Shown here: positions 17,470 through 26,362 of the stretch, piece by piece
Numbering within the stretch: the stretch's first letter is position 1
Layout of the letters: every line of letters begins with the position of its first letter
Assembly: GCA_965232175.1 (NCBI GenBank)
Contig: CBDDOW010000006.1
Coordinates: forward strand, 1,315,764 to 1,379,763
Length of the DNA: 64,000 bases
Source of the DNA: Nitrospirales bacterium
Lineage (GTDB): Bacteria; Nitrospirota; Nitrospiria; Nitrospirales; UBA8639
Direction: 5' to 3'
The notes under the pieces: generated by a model
Seen by the model: only the letters and a program-made list of their open reading frames with translations
What the model was told of the DNA's origin: nothing
Database searches by the model: none
Position numbers and translations under genes: made by a program

Positions 17470-17614
17470 GAACCCTCTAGTTTATTTATTGTGATAGCGG
17501 GATGCAGGGCAAGGCGTCCCGGAGCGAAATCCGAGGCTTATCAAACGAGATAGGCGAGGGTTGAGCGAGGACACAACGCCGCCATGCGCCCGCTATCGCA
17601 ATAAACCCTACCCT
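17470..17614 (+). mobile_element. MITE-like ~150-nt element, copy 1
   Basis: The core gtgatagcgggatgcagggcaaggcgtcccggagcga...gagggttgagcgaggacacaacgccgccatgcgcc is shared with 39731-39880 (inverted) and 54347-54497. It has terminal inverted repeats ...tttattgtgatagcggg / cccgctatcgcaataaa... Confidence 0.75.
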
Positions 17615-18324
17615 ATTCGTTCGACGGCTTCTCGTGATCTGCTCCGCACCGTCTGATCCCAATCCTCCTTCATCGTATATTCCAATTTGGCCTTGGCTTC
17701 CGTGGCGCGCATGCGTCCCAGGGCCAGCGCCGCGGAGCCCCGCACGTATGCGTGATCGTCTTCCAATGCCTTGATCAACAGGGGAATGCTTTCCCGGTGT
17801 TGCACGACGCCCAGGTAACTGGCGGCCATGCCCCGGACCCGGTGCTGCTTGTCGCCCAGGGAGCGTTTGAAGGTGTACACGAACACCTCGGCCATGTCCG
17901 GAGCCACGCTTTCCAGTCCTTCCAGTTGATAGTCGTTGAGTTCAATGAGTTGGCTGGCGAGATCGAACCGCTTTCGCGGCGCCTTTTCGCCGGAAAATTT
18001 TTTGAGGAGCGCGGCGCGCCGGGTTTTTTGGTTTTTCGCGCGCTTGATCTTGCGCACGTTCACCCACGTGATGAGCGTGAGCGCGACGGCCAGGAACAGG
18101 ACGGGGACGACTTCATCGACGATAAAGTCCTGGGTGTCGAAATCCAAATGATTCCAAATCCAGATCCCGCCGACGACAATGATGACCAGGGCCAGGGCCG
18201 TGGTGAGGGTGGCGTGTCCCCGCTGGTTGTCGAGATGCGATGACGGCGCGTCGATGGCCATGATGCCCAAGGAACGGTTCCGCGCGCGGCCAGTGAACGC
18301 GCGGGCGGGGTTCCCGGTTTTCAA
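17608..18324 (-). CDS. membrane-anchored HEAT-repeat protein
   Basis: HEAT/PBS-lyase-like repeats VRGMAASYLGVVQHRESIPLLIKALEDDHAYVRGSAALALGRM. TM segments lie N-terminal. The start is TTG 18324 or ATG 18261. Confidence 0.65.
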   Translation of the reverse strand: MKTGNPARAFTGRARNRSLGIMAIDAPSSHLDNQRGHATLTTALALVIIVVGGIWIWNHLDFDTQDFIVDEVVPVLFLAVALTLITWVNVRKIKRAKNQKTRRAALLKKFSGEKAPRKRFDLASQLIELNDYQLEGLESVAPDMAEVFVYTFKRSLGDKQHRVRGMAASYLGVVQHRESIPLLIKALEDDHAYVRGSAALALGRMRATEAKAKLEYTMKEDWDQTVRSRSREAVERIG

Positions 18325-18327
18325 GCG

Positions 18328-19113
18328 TTACCCGATTGCCCGGCGGAAGGCCTTGGCCCCGCCGTACAGACACACGGCATCGAAAACGGCGAGGATCACG
18401 AAGGCCAGGGCCACCCGGGGAATGGCGGCGTCCCACCCCGTGATAATGAGCGGGCGCACGGCGTCGATAACCCAGGTCATCGGATTCACCAGGGCCACCG
18501 CCTGCATCCATCCCGGCATGGCGGAGAGGGGCACGAGCGCCGAGCTGAGAAAAATCATGGGCAGGGACAGAAAGCCCAGCAGGGAGAAAAAGTCGCCGTG
18601 GCTTTTGACGGAAAACGCAATGCCCATGGAGATGGCGGTCAGCCCCACGCCGAACAGCATGCCGATCGCCAGGATCACGGCGATGCCCGGCAGCCCCGTT
18701 TCGGGGCGCACGCCGAAGAGGAACGCGATGCTCAGAATGACCAGAATCTGCATGCCGGTAATGGCCATCACGAAGAGGTAGCGGCTGAGGATCACGGAGG
18801 ACCGGTGAATGGGCGTGGACATCATGCGTTCCAGGAACCCGTTCTCTTTGTCGAACAGCAGATCCACGCCTCCGGCCAGTCCGTTGTTGAGGACCGTCAT
18901 GATGACCACCCCGCCCGCCAGGAAACTCATATAATTCGGGGCCTGGAGAATTGTGACGTTGGCGGCGTGCTGAAAGAGGCTGCCGAAGAAGATCAGCCAG
19001 AACAGCATGGGTTGGACCAGGGTAAACAGCATGCTGAATTTTTCCCGGCTGAGCCGGCGAACCCACCGCATCGTGAGGGCGAGCACTTCCTGTCTGTAGT
19101 GTTGGATGGTCAT
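18328..19113 (-). CDS. ABC-2 type transporter permease
   Basis: Six predicted TM segments. It sits 13 nt downstream of the ATPase gene. Confidence 0.75.
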   Translation of the reverse strand: MTIQHYRQEVLALTMRWVRRLSREKFSMLFTLVQPMLFWLIFFGSLFQHAANVTILQAPNYMSFLAGGVVIMTVLNNGLAGGVDLLFDKENGFLERMMSTPIHRSSVILSRYLFVMAITGMQILVILSIAFLFGVRPETGLPGIAVILAIGMLFGVGLTAISMGIAFSVKSHGDFFSLLGFLSLPMIFLSSALVPLSAMPGWMQAVALVNPMTWVIDAVRPLIITGWDAAIPRVALAFVILAVFDAVCLYGGAKAFRRAIG

Positions 19114-19126
19114 CTGTGATCTTCTG

Positions 19127-20107
19127 CTATTCCTCCGCCGCGTCCGGAGTGCCTCCCCGCAATCCGTGCCCGGTATGGGCGACAAACACGTCGTCGAGCC
19201 GGGGCCGGTGATACTCGATCCCATCGAGACTGCAATCAAGGCGTTGGGCGACTTCCATCACCGCGGGGAGAGATTTCTCGGGCGATTCCACGAGCACGTC
19301 CAGTCCGGTTGGTTTGAGGCGCACGTCGCGGACGAAGGGCAGGGTGAGGACGCCTTCGCGCAGGCGGGAGAGTTTGTCTGTTTCGTGCTCCTTGACCGTG
19401 ACGGACAGGCTGTCGCCGCCCAGTCCGGTCTTCAACTCCAGCGGCGAGCCGATGATCCGAATGGTTCCGCCCTCGATGATCGCGAGTCGATCGCACAGTT
19501 GGTCGGCCTCTTCCAGGTAATTGGTCGTCATGACGATGGTGATCCCGTTCTCACGGAGTTGGCGGATGTAGTCCCAGATCCGCAACCGGCTTTGGACGTC
19601 CAATCCCAGCGTGGGTTCGTCCAAAAACACGATTTGGGGGCGAGGCAGCAACCCGCAGGCAATATCCAGTTTGCGTTTCATGCCCCCGGAGTAGGTTTTG
19701 ACCACGCGGTCCGCGTGCTCTTCGAGATTCACGAGCTTCAGCAATTCGGGGATCCGTTCCTGCATGTCCGCCGGGGAAAGATGGTAGAGCCCGCCCAGCA
19801 ACTCGAGGTGTTCCCGACCGGTCAGGAACCGGTCCACGGCGCGTTCCTGCGGCACGTACCCGATCAGGCTTCTGACGGTATCCGCCTCCGTCACGACGTC
19901 GTGCCCCAGCACCGTCGCCGTTCCGTGGGACGGGGGCAGCACGGTGATCAGCATCCGCAGGGTCGTGCTTTTCCCCGCGCCATTGGGGCCCAGGAGTCCG
20001 AAAATTTCACCGGCGTGAACCGTGAACGACAGATCCTCGACGGCCGTCACCGGACCGAAGGTTTTCCCCAAACGGGCGGCTTCGATCACGACCGCGGCAT
20101 GCATCAT
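19127..20107 (-). CDS. ABC transporter ATP-binding protein (DrrA-like)
   Basis: Walker A GPNGAGKST, signature YSGGMKRKL, Walker B IVFLDEPTLGLD. Confidence 0.9.
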   Translation of the reverse strand: MMHAAVVIEAARLGKTFGPVTAVEDLSFTVHAGEIFGLLGPNGAGKSTTLRMLITVLPPSHGTATVLGHDVVTEADTVRSLIGYVPQERAVDRFLTGREHLELLGGLYHLSPADMQERIPELLKLVNLEEHADRVVKTYSGGMKRKLDIACGLLPRPQIVFLDEPTLGLDVQSRLRIWDYIRQLRENGITIVMTTNYLEEADQLCDRLAIIEGGTIRIIGSPLELKTGLGGDSLSVTVKEHETDKLSRLREGVLTLPFVRDVRLKPTGLDVLVESPEKSLPAVMEVAQRLDCSLDGIEYHRPRLDDVFVAHTGHGLRGGTPDAAEE

Positions 20108-20772
20108 CCCCACCCTGACAATTGGGGTTCCCCGTCGAGTTTGAACTTCAGGAGGTCGATCAGGCGGCGGGTTTGTTGAAGCAGGCTTTCGGCTTCGAGC
20201 AGGAACTGTTTTTCCAACGGCGTGAAGTCCAGACACGAGGACAGCCCATTCACCAGCACGCGGTCCGTCATGGCGTCATCGCTCACAAGCTGGCAGAGGG
20301 TCTCGGCGTTTCGTGACTCCAGGTAGCGCGTCGCCAACGCCGTGAGGGTTGAGCGCGCGGCCCCTTCGGTAATCGTTTGAAACGGTTCGCTCGGCTCCAA
20401 CGCGATTTTGGCCTTGCGATACCGGGCATCAAAGAATTCCTCCCGGATCGTATACCGGGAGAGGCCTTGCAGGATCAGGTTCGACCGGCCATCCTGTAGC
20501 GGCTCGATATGGGTCATTCGTCCCACGCATCCCACGGCAAAGACGGGCGGATTGCCGTGATACCGGTCTTCCCAGCCTTGCTTGAACAACGCCATGCCGA
20601 TGCAGGCGCCTTCCCGGCTGGCATCGGCGACCATTTCCCGATACCGGGGCTCGAAAATATGAAGCGGCAGGTACGTGTCGGGAAACAGCACCACGTTGGG
20701 AAGCGGAAAAATCGGAATGATCTCCGGGACGGGAAAGGCCTTCGAAGAAGACGTGTCATTTACTGCGGGCAT
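20104..20772 (-). CDS. LON N-terminal substrate-binding domain protein
   Basis: IPIFPLPNVVLFPDTYLPLHIFEPRYREMV. ATGA overlap with the ABC ATPase gene. Confidence 0.75.
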   Translation of the reverse strand: MPAVNDTSSSKAFPVPEIIPIFPLPNVVLFPDTYLPLHIFEPRYREMVADASREGACIGMALFKQGWEDRYHGNPPVFAVGCVGRMTHIEPLQDGRSNLILQGLSRYTIREEFFDARYRKAKIALEPSEPFQTITEGAARSTLTALATRYLESRNAETLCQLVSDDAMTDRVLVNGLSSCLDFTPLEKQFLLEAESLLQQTRRLIDLLKFKLDGEPQLSGWG

Positions 20773-20913
20773 GCTGTACGATAGCCGACGCTCAAAATGC
20801 CTGTCAACGTGGTGGTTCGTTGGCCTGTGTTGACTCATGTGTTGATGGAACGAGGGGCTCGCCGCGTCGGCGTTGTCATTCCCAAACGAGCGCAACCTGG
20901 AGGGTGAAACGTC

Positions 20914-22131
20914 ATGTCGGGACTCCGTCATGGGGTCATAGGTCTCTGCTGCGTCCTGTCGATTGCTTTCCCTCTTTCCCTGGAAGAGGGCCGGGGCGAG
21001 GGTGTGCTTCCCGCTTCATCCGGAAGCCTCGCGAGGGCCGACCCTGCCTCCGTCCCGTCGCAGGACCTGATTCCGGCACGGCCCGGATACGTGTATGCCT
21101 TTCCCCGGGATCACGGGTCTCACGACAACTACGGCCTGGAGTGGTGGTACTTCACCGGTCACGTTGCTGACCGGTCGGCGCGACGGTTCGGCTATGAAGT
21201 CGCGTTTTTCCGCAAGGCCGTGGATGATGCGCGCGTCCGCGATCACCAATCCCGCTGGGCGTTGCGGCAATTGTATTTCGCGCATTTGGCCGTTACCGAC
21301 GTCGAGGCGGCGGCGTTTCGCTTTTCAGAAAAGTTGAGTCGCGCGGCCTTTGGAAAAGCCGGGGCCGACTCCGGCCGGATGAAGGTCTGGATCGACCGCT
21401 GGGTCCTGGAGCCCGTGACCGGGGAGCATCGCCGGTTGCATCTCACGGCGAAAGATTCCGGATTCGGCGTCGATCTGACGTTCACGCTGAGCAAACCTCC
21501 TGTGATCCATGGACGGGACGGGATCAGCCGCAAGGGCGCCGGCCCGGGTCAGGCGTCGCATTATTATTCCCTCACTCGTCTGGGGACTCAGGGCACCATC
21601 TGGGTAGGCGGCGAACCGTTTGCCGTCACCGGGACCGGGTGGATGGATCATGAGTTCGGGTCCGGCGCATTGGGCCGGGATCAGGTCGGGTGGGATTGGT
21701 TCAGCGTGCAATTTGACTCGAACGTGGAACTCATGCTCTATCTGCTGCGTAAGCGGGATGGGTCCCATGATCCGGCGTCGAGCGGGACGTTGATCTTTCC
21801 CGACGGCACGAGCCGGCATCTGGACCGCTCGGATTTCGTGGTGCGTACGCACGAGCGATGGACCAGCCCGCACAGCCGCGCGCAGTACCCGGCCCAATGG
21901 ACGTTGGAAATTCCGTCGGTTCCGCTTCGCGTGACGGTGACGCCGGTGCTGCCGGATCAGGAACTGCGGACCGAGCGCAGGACCCGGGTGACGTATTGGG
22001 AAGGAGCGGTGGACGCGCGCGGTCATTATCAGAATGTTCCCGTGGCCGGGAAGGGCTACGTCGAACTCACCGGATATGCAACCCCCCTGGACCTGGACCG
22101 TGGCTCCCGCCAGCCCGGCCTGAACCGATGA
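20914..22131 (+). CDS. lipocalin-like AttH / carotenoid 1,2-hydratase (CrtC) family protein
   Basis: FPRDHGSHDNYGLEWWYFTGHV...FGYEVAFFR...GTGWMDHEFGS. Confidence 0.6.
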   Translation: MSGLRHGVIGLCCVLSIAFPLSLEEGRGEGVLPASSGSLARADPASVPSQDLIPARPGYVYAFPRDHGSHDNYGLEWWYFTGHVADRSARRFGYEVAFFRKAVDDARVRDHQSRWALRQLYFAHLAVTDVEAAAFRFSEKLSRAAFGKAGADSGRMKVWIDRWVLEPVTGEHRRLHLTAKDSGFGVDLTFTLSKPPVIHGRDGISRKGAGPGQASHYYSLTRLGTQGTIWVGGEPFAVTGTGWMDHEFGSGALGRDQVGWDWFSVQFDSNVELMLYLLRKRDGSHDPASSGTLIFPDGTSRHLDRSDFVVRTHERWTSPHSRAQYPAQWTLEIPSVPLRVTVTPVLPDQELRTERRTRVTYWEGAVDARGHYQNVPVAGKGYVELTGYATPLDLDRGSRQPGLNR

Positions 22132-23177
22132 AGCGCGTCTTTCGACATGCCGTCGTCCTTTTGATGATGGTGTCCCTGCTGCCGGGATGCACGCAGCGGA
22201 GCGATCGCGTGGTGGCGGTGGTGGTGCATCCCGTCAAGCCGAAGCTGATCTACGTGGCCACCGAAGAAGCCGTGTACAAGACCCGTGACGGCGGACTGGC
22301 CTGGAAGCGGCTTTCCGAAGGGTTGAGCCGCGTTCGGGTGATGAATCTGACGATTGATCCGCAGCTTCCGGCCAATGTGTTTGCCGGCACGCTTGCGGAC
22401 GGGGTGTACCAGAGTCCGGACGGGGGGCGGCGGTGGCTCCCGCGTAATGCCGGCATTCAAAAAGGAACGATCTCGGCCAACGTGAATCAACTGGTCTTCG
22501 ATCCGGCCGACTCGCAGATCCTGTACGCGGCGACGACCGTGGGGGTGTTCTGGACGAAGGACGCCGGCCGGTCCTGGGCCGAGCGCATGCGAGGCATGAA
22601 CGAGATCAATTTTATCGTGGCGTTGGCCGTGGACCCGATCCGCCCCAATATCCTCTACGCGGGGACAAGCGGGGGAATCTATCGCAGTGTTGACGGCGCG
22701 GACCATTGGACCAAGACCAATAACGGGCTCGTGCCCGATGACGCCAAACTGGCATCCATGGCCCTGGGCGTGAATCGGTTGCTGATCGATCCCGCTGATC
22801 CGGACGTGGTCTACGCGGGCACCACGCAAGGGGTGTTCAAAACGCTCAACAGAGGCGAGACGTGGGTGAGACTGGCGGCTGATCTCGGAGAACTCTACGT
22901 GAGCAGTCTCGCGCTGGAACCGGGAAACGGGCGGCATCTCTACATGGGGACCAGCCGGGGCATCTTTCAAAGCCGGGACGGCGGGCACACGTGGAACGCC
23001 ACCAATGACGGGTTGGCCAACCTGAATATTCGAGCCATCGCCATGGACCCGAGCGATTCACGGGTGCTGTACGCGGGCACGAACGGCAGCGGCCTCTTTC
23101 GCAGTCGGGACGGCGGAGCGTCCTGGACCCACATCCCGCTGGTGCCAAAGGCATCGGCTGATGGAGGCCTGCCCTGA
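22128..23177 (+). CDS. BNR/Asp-box repeat beta-propeller lipoprotein (Ycf48-like)
   Basis: Lipobox LLPGC. It has repeated S-x-D-x-G-x-x-W boxes (TRDGGLAW, SPDGGRRW, TKDAGRSW, SVDGADHW, SRDGGHTW, SRDGGASW). Confidence 0.75.
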   Translation: MKRVFRHAVVLLMMVSLLPGCTQRSDRVVAVVVHPVKPKLIYVATEEAVYKTRDGGLAWKRLSEGLSRVRVMNLTIDPQLPANVFAGTLADGVYQSPDGGRRWLPRNAGIQKGTISANVNQLVFDPADSQILYAATTVGVFWTKDAGRSWAERMRGMNEINFIVALAVDPIRPNILYAGTSGGIYRSVDGADHWTKTNNGLVPDDAKLASMALGVNRLLIDPADPDVVYAGTTQGVFKTLNRGETWVRLAADLGELYVSSLALEPGNGRHLYMGTSRGIFQSRDGGHTWNATNDGLANLNIRAIAMDPSDSRVLYAGTNGSGLFRSRDGGASWTHIPLVPKASADGGLP

Positions 23178-23248
23178 ATCTGTTACCGGCAGTAGAGGAT
23201 GGCCCCTGTGCCGTCCTGCTTCGATGGGCAACGACCAATTCCACGGTG

Positions 23249-23364
23249 TGCTACCAATTGGAAACGTGCTGGAGCATTCTGCATCGTTCAGAAAATAAAT
23301 TACTCTCTATTTTCAATAGGTTGCGAAGATATTGCAACAACGCTCGTGATGGCGCGAAAATTGC
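23249..23364 (+). promoter_or_regulatory. sigma-54 promoter region, copy 1 (UAS-like palindrome, IHF-like site, -24/-12)
   Basis: TGGCGCGAAAATTGC at 23350-23364 fits TGGCAC-N5-TTGC. ttcaataggttg (23312-23323) is IHF-like. tgctaccaattggaaac (23249-23265) is also present upstream of nxrA. Confidence 0.6.
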
Positions 23365-23489
23365 TATAGAAATAGAGAAAACCAGCCGGCATTGATTCGG
23401 GTGGATACATGAGGCAGTCGCGTGGCAGAGAAGTGGCTTCTGCCGTAAATCGCGTCCATATTCTACCCGCCGGCAGCATGCTGTCGGCT

Positions 23490-23524
23490 CAAGGGCCGTC
23501 CTTCGGGGTGGCCCTTGCTTTTTT
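23490..23524 (+). terminator. rho-independent terminator
   Basis: caagggccgtcc ttcg gggtggcccttg forms a 12-bp stem including 2 G:U pairs, followed by cttttttt. Confidence 0.7.
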
Positions 23525-23535
23525 GGAAACGGTGC

Positions 23536-24312
23536 ATGCGAACCCGCGTCTATGTCGATGGCTTCAATCTCTACTACGGAGCCCTCAAAGGCACATCGTT
23601 TAAGTGGCTCAATCTCGTCGCTCTTTCCTATCGGGTGCTACCGTTCGGACATACCATCGAAAAGTTGAAATACTTTACAGCCAAGGTTTCCGGAGCATCG
23701 GATCCCTATGCACCGGCTAGGCAGCAAATTTATCTCAATGCGCTTAGGACGTTGCCCGAGGTGGAGATTTGTTTCGGTAGCTTCCTTGCCAAGACAGTCT
23801 GGCGACCACTCGTCAATCTGCCGATTGCCGAAAGACGGATCGATGCACCGGTGCCCGTGACCCTGCCGGCTGGAACCTTTGGCGTTTCTAGTCCGGATCA
23901 ACAGACCCAGACATTGCCCGTGGGAAGCTACGCGTCGCGGAATAGGATAGTGAACAAGCAGCACAAGACCACCAGGCCTTCGCCCGACGCGGTGATTGCG
24001 GAAGTTCATACCATGGAGGAAAAGGGTTCAGATGTGAGCCTCGCCGTGCATCTCCTGAATGATGCTTGGAAAGACCTTTTCGATGTCGCCGTGGTTGTCT
24101 CGAACGACACCGATCTCGTTACCCCTATTCGTATGGTGACAATGGAAAGGGGAAAGGTGGTATATGTCGTTTGCCCGGGGCGTTGGTCGGTGGCACCGAA
24201 GCTGCAGAATGTCGCCAGTCACATCCGGCACATACGGCGGTCTATGTTGCGGGACGCGCAGTTTCCCCATCGTGTGCCGGGCACGAATATAGCAAAACCA
24301 GCATCTTGGTAA
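23536..24312 (+). CDS. NYN (LabA-like, PIN-related) domain protein
   Basis: MRTRVYVDGFNLYYGAL...EEKGSDVSLAVHLLNDAW...DVAVVVSNDTDLVTPIRMV. Confidence 0.7.
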   Translation: MRTRVYVDGFNLYYGALKGTSFKWLNLVALSYRVLPFGHTIEKLKYFTAKVSGASDPYAPARQQIYLNALRTLPEVEICFGSFLAKTVWRPLVNLPIAERRIDAPVPVTLPAGTFGVSSPDQQTQTLPVGSYASRNRIVNKQHKTTRPSPDAVIAEVHTMEEKGSDVSLAVHLLNDAWKDLFDVAVVVSNDTDLVTPIRMVTMERGKVVYVVCPGRWSVAPKLQNVASHIRHIRRSMLRDAQFPHRVPGTNIAKPASW

Positions 24313-24390
24313 CGACGGAGCTATGAAATGCCTATGCGCATCTGGACCGTAATATGAGTCATAGAGGGAAACCATCTACACCGTCGCAGT

Positions 24391-24751
24391 CCTGAATCTG
24401 TTACCGACAGGGGGACTTATATACCTGGAAGCGCAAGCCGTGTGAAGTTTCGGTAACATCCCGCCCTCGGCATCACCACTATACACTATAGCCACTTCCA
24501 TCCGCACTATTTACTCCGCTGATTCACCCGCGCTACACTTCGGCTATTCCGCTCTACTAAGGCTGCCCCTTGTCGGGTCGCCTGCTCAATACAAGAGCCT
24601 TGCACCAGTTGAGGTGGGTCGCTCTCACCTCGACGGGTGCCGTTGTTCACAGGTAAATACGCAGGATCTCCAAGTCGCCTTGGTAGGGTAGAACCGGCCC
24701 GACCTTTGTTTGGTCGGGATTCCGATTCACCGCTCATTAAGGAGGCAACAC
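24391..24751 (+). ncRNA. candidate structured RNA leader, copy A (inverted partner at 26363-26725)
   Basis: A ~360-nt element lies directly 5' of the CDS at 24752. It shares conserved blocks with copy B, for example the 21-nt caatacaagagccttgcacca. Helices are supported by compensatory changes. Confidence 0.45.
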
Positions 24752-25432
24752 ATGAAATCCGTGCTGATGTTGTTGGCTCTGAGCCTCATCGGGCTAGGAT
24801 TATTCGGCCTGATTCGTCCAGGGAACCAATGGTGGCGGGCATCCCGACAACGAAGCGCTCTGCTAATCGTGATCGGGGTCTTTATCGTTCCTGTTTCTAC
24901 TTTCTTTGTCGGGTTTGGACAAGGGCTTAATGACGGCGGTCATCGTGTGACCGATGCATTGGATCGGCTGAGTGCCGAAGTGACAGAGCCGCAATCGCTA
25001 CCGCCCATCCCCGACAAAGCGGCGATCGTTGAAGAACTGCGATGCAAAGGCGAGTGCGACGACCCGCTCAAAGACGAGTTGCCGCCCATTCCTGGCACAG
25101 AGGCGGTCAGCACCAGAAATACGGAGGCCATTTTGTCCGCAGATTTGTCAGGCGTGTGGATTGTGGAAAATCCCTCTGATCCGGACTACGCCTACGTATG
25201 GATGTACCCGGACCATCGGTATATTATCCGGGCATCTGGCTGCACGATTACGTCGCAAGGGACGTGGAAGTACTCAGGAATAACGCTGGAATTTACGACA
25301 CAGGACGGAGAGAAAAGCTCATTGACTGTGTCGCAAGTACCACGAACGTGGTCATATAACGACCTGTTGGTGTTTAATGTCCATAAAATAATTTGGAAGT
25401 TTACAGGAAGGGATACTGAATTGCCGTGCTGA
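24752..25432 (+). CDS. hypothetical membrane-anchored protein
   Basis: The RBS aaggagg lies 6 nt upstream. There are two N-terminal TM segments (MKSVLMLLALSLIGLGLFGL, LLIVIGVFIVPVSTFFVGF). I recognise no family. Confidence 0.55.
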   Translation: MKSVLMLLALSLIGLGLFGLIRPGNQWWRASRQRSALLIVIGVFIVPVSTFFVGFGQGLNDGGHRVTDALDRLSAEVTEPQSLPPIPDKAAIVEELRCKGECDDPLKDELPPIPGTEAVSTRNTEAILSADLSGVWIVENPSDPDYAYVWMYPDHRYIIRASGCTITSQGTWKYSGITLEFTTQDGEKSSLTVSQVPRTWSYNDLLVFNVHKIIWKFTGRDTELPC

Positions 25433-25561
25433 CCATCACAGCTAATAGGTCCTGGACAAGAACGGCTTTTCAGACTGTCATTCGTCGGATTCAGAAGGGA
25501 TGTAAACCGTTTTGTTGAGTTCGTCCTCAGACGGCTCGTGATCAAGTGCTTGGATGACGTA

Positions 25562-26362
25562 TCATTTCAGCAATCCATCAATGCTGACGTTGAACATCGC
25601 TTCAAGGAACGCTTTGGTCTTGGGCTGGTTATCCAGGGAGGCACGGACAAGCTGTGTGGTAAAGAGTCCGGCTTTGGGCTTCCATTTGGCTTGGTCCCGT
25701 GTGACGGTCGCAGCCCACTTCACCGGAGCGACGTATTCGCTGTGTATCTGTTTACCATGTAAACGGTAATCGAGCAGCCACTTCCTTTTGATGATCACGT
25801 CGCTGATCGGTTTGGCATGGTCAGTGACTGTTCCAACTCCCACAAATCCGCGTCCTTTGAGATAAGCGGCAACCACATCACCGGGCTTGAATCGAAGTAT
25901 GGCTGCAAGCCACCGGCCACGGTTGCTCGCTGAAATAAAGCCGATGGTTCGGAAGTCGTCCCAATTTCGGCTTGTTGGATCTTCGCCGACGTTGTAGTAA
26001 TAGAGTCCTGGCTCGTAGTCGAAGCCAGGCAAGTCACGGTGAAGCTTATTATGGGGTCTGAATTTCTTGGCATAGTGGCCTGATGCGACGTTGGACAGGC
26101 GGTCTCCGAGCTTCCACAAGAGGGTCTTTTCGACCAGAAAGGCGTCGTATTCGGAGAGGTTGCGGGCAATGACCCGGACTATCGGATTGAGGCCGTCTTT
26201 GCGAATGGCGCGAATGCGGCGGGCTTTGGTGGAATCGGAGACATCAGACAAATGCGAGTCTTTGCGCGCCCCTTTGCCTTTGCCAATATAGAACTCCTCG
26301 AAGTTTCGAGGATCGATATAGACATACACGTAAAAGTCGTTGGAAAGGACTCGTCTAGCCAT
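25562..26362 (-). CDS. GIY-YIG nuclease domain fused to a C-terminal PUA/EVE-like domain (tentative)
   Basis: N-terminus FYVYVYIDPRNFEEFYIGKGKGARKDSH carries the GIY...YIG motifs. The C-terminal NWDDFRTIGFISASNRGRWLAAILRFKPGDVVAAYLKGRGFVGVGTV resembles PUA-like reader domains. Confidence 0.6.
   Translation of the reverse strand: MARRVLSNDFYVYVYIDPRNFEEFYIGKGKGARKDSHLSDVSDSTKARRIRAIRKDGLNPIVRVIARNLSEYDAFLVEKTLLWKLGDRLSNVASGHYAKKFRPHNKLHRDLPGFDYEPGLYYYNVGEDPTSRNWDDFRTIGFISASNRGRWLAAILRFKPGDVVAAYLKGRGFVGVGTVTDHAKPISDVIIKRKWLLDYRLHGKQIHSEYVAPVKWAATVTRDQAKWKPKAGLFTTQLVRASLDNQPKTKAFLEAMFNVSIDGLLK

Noticed and set aside
23409-23603. 64-aa ORF downstream of the first sigma-54 promoter copy
   Set aside because: It has no RBS. 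It runs through a strong terminator hairpin and into the NYN gene start region, and its composition is not protein-like.
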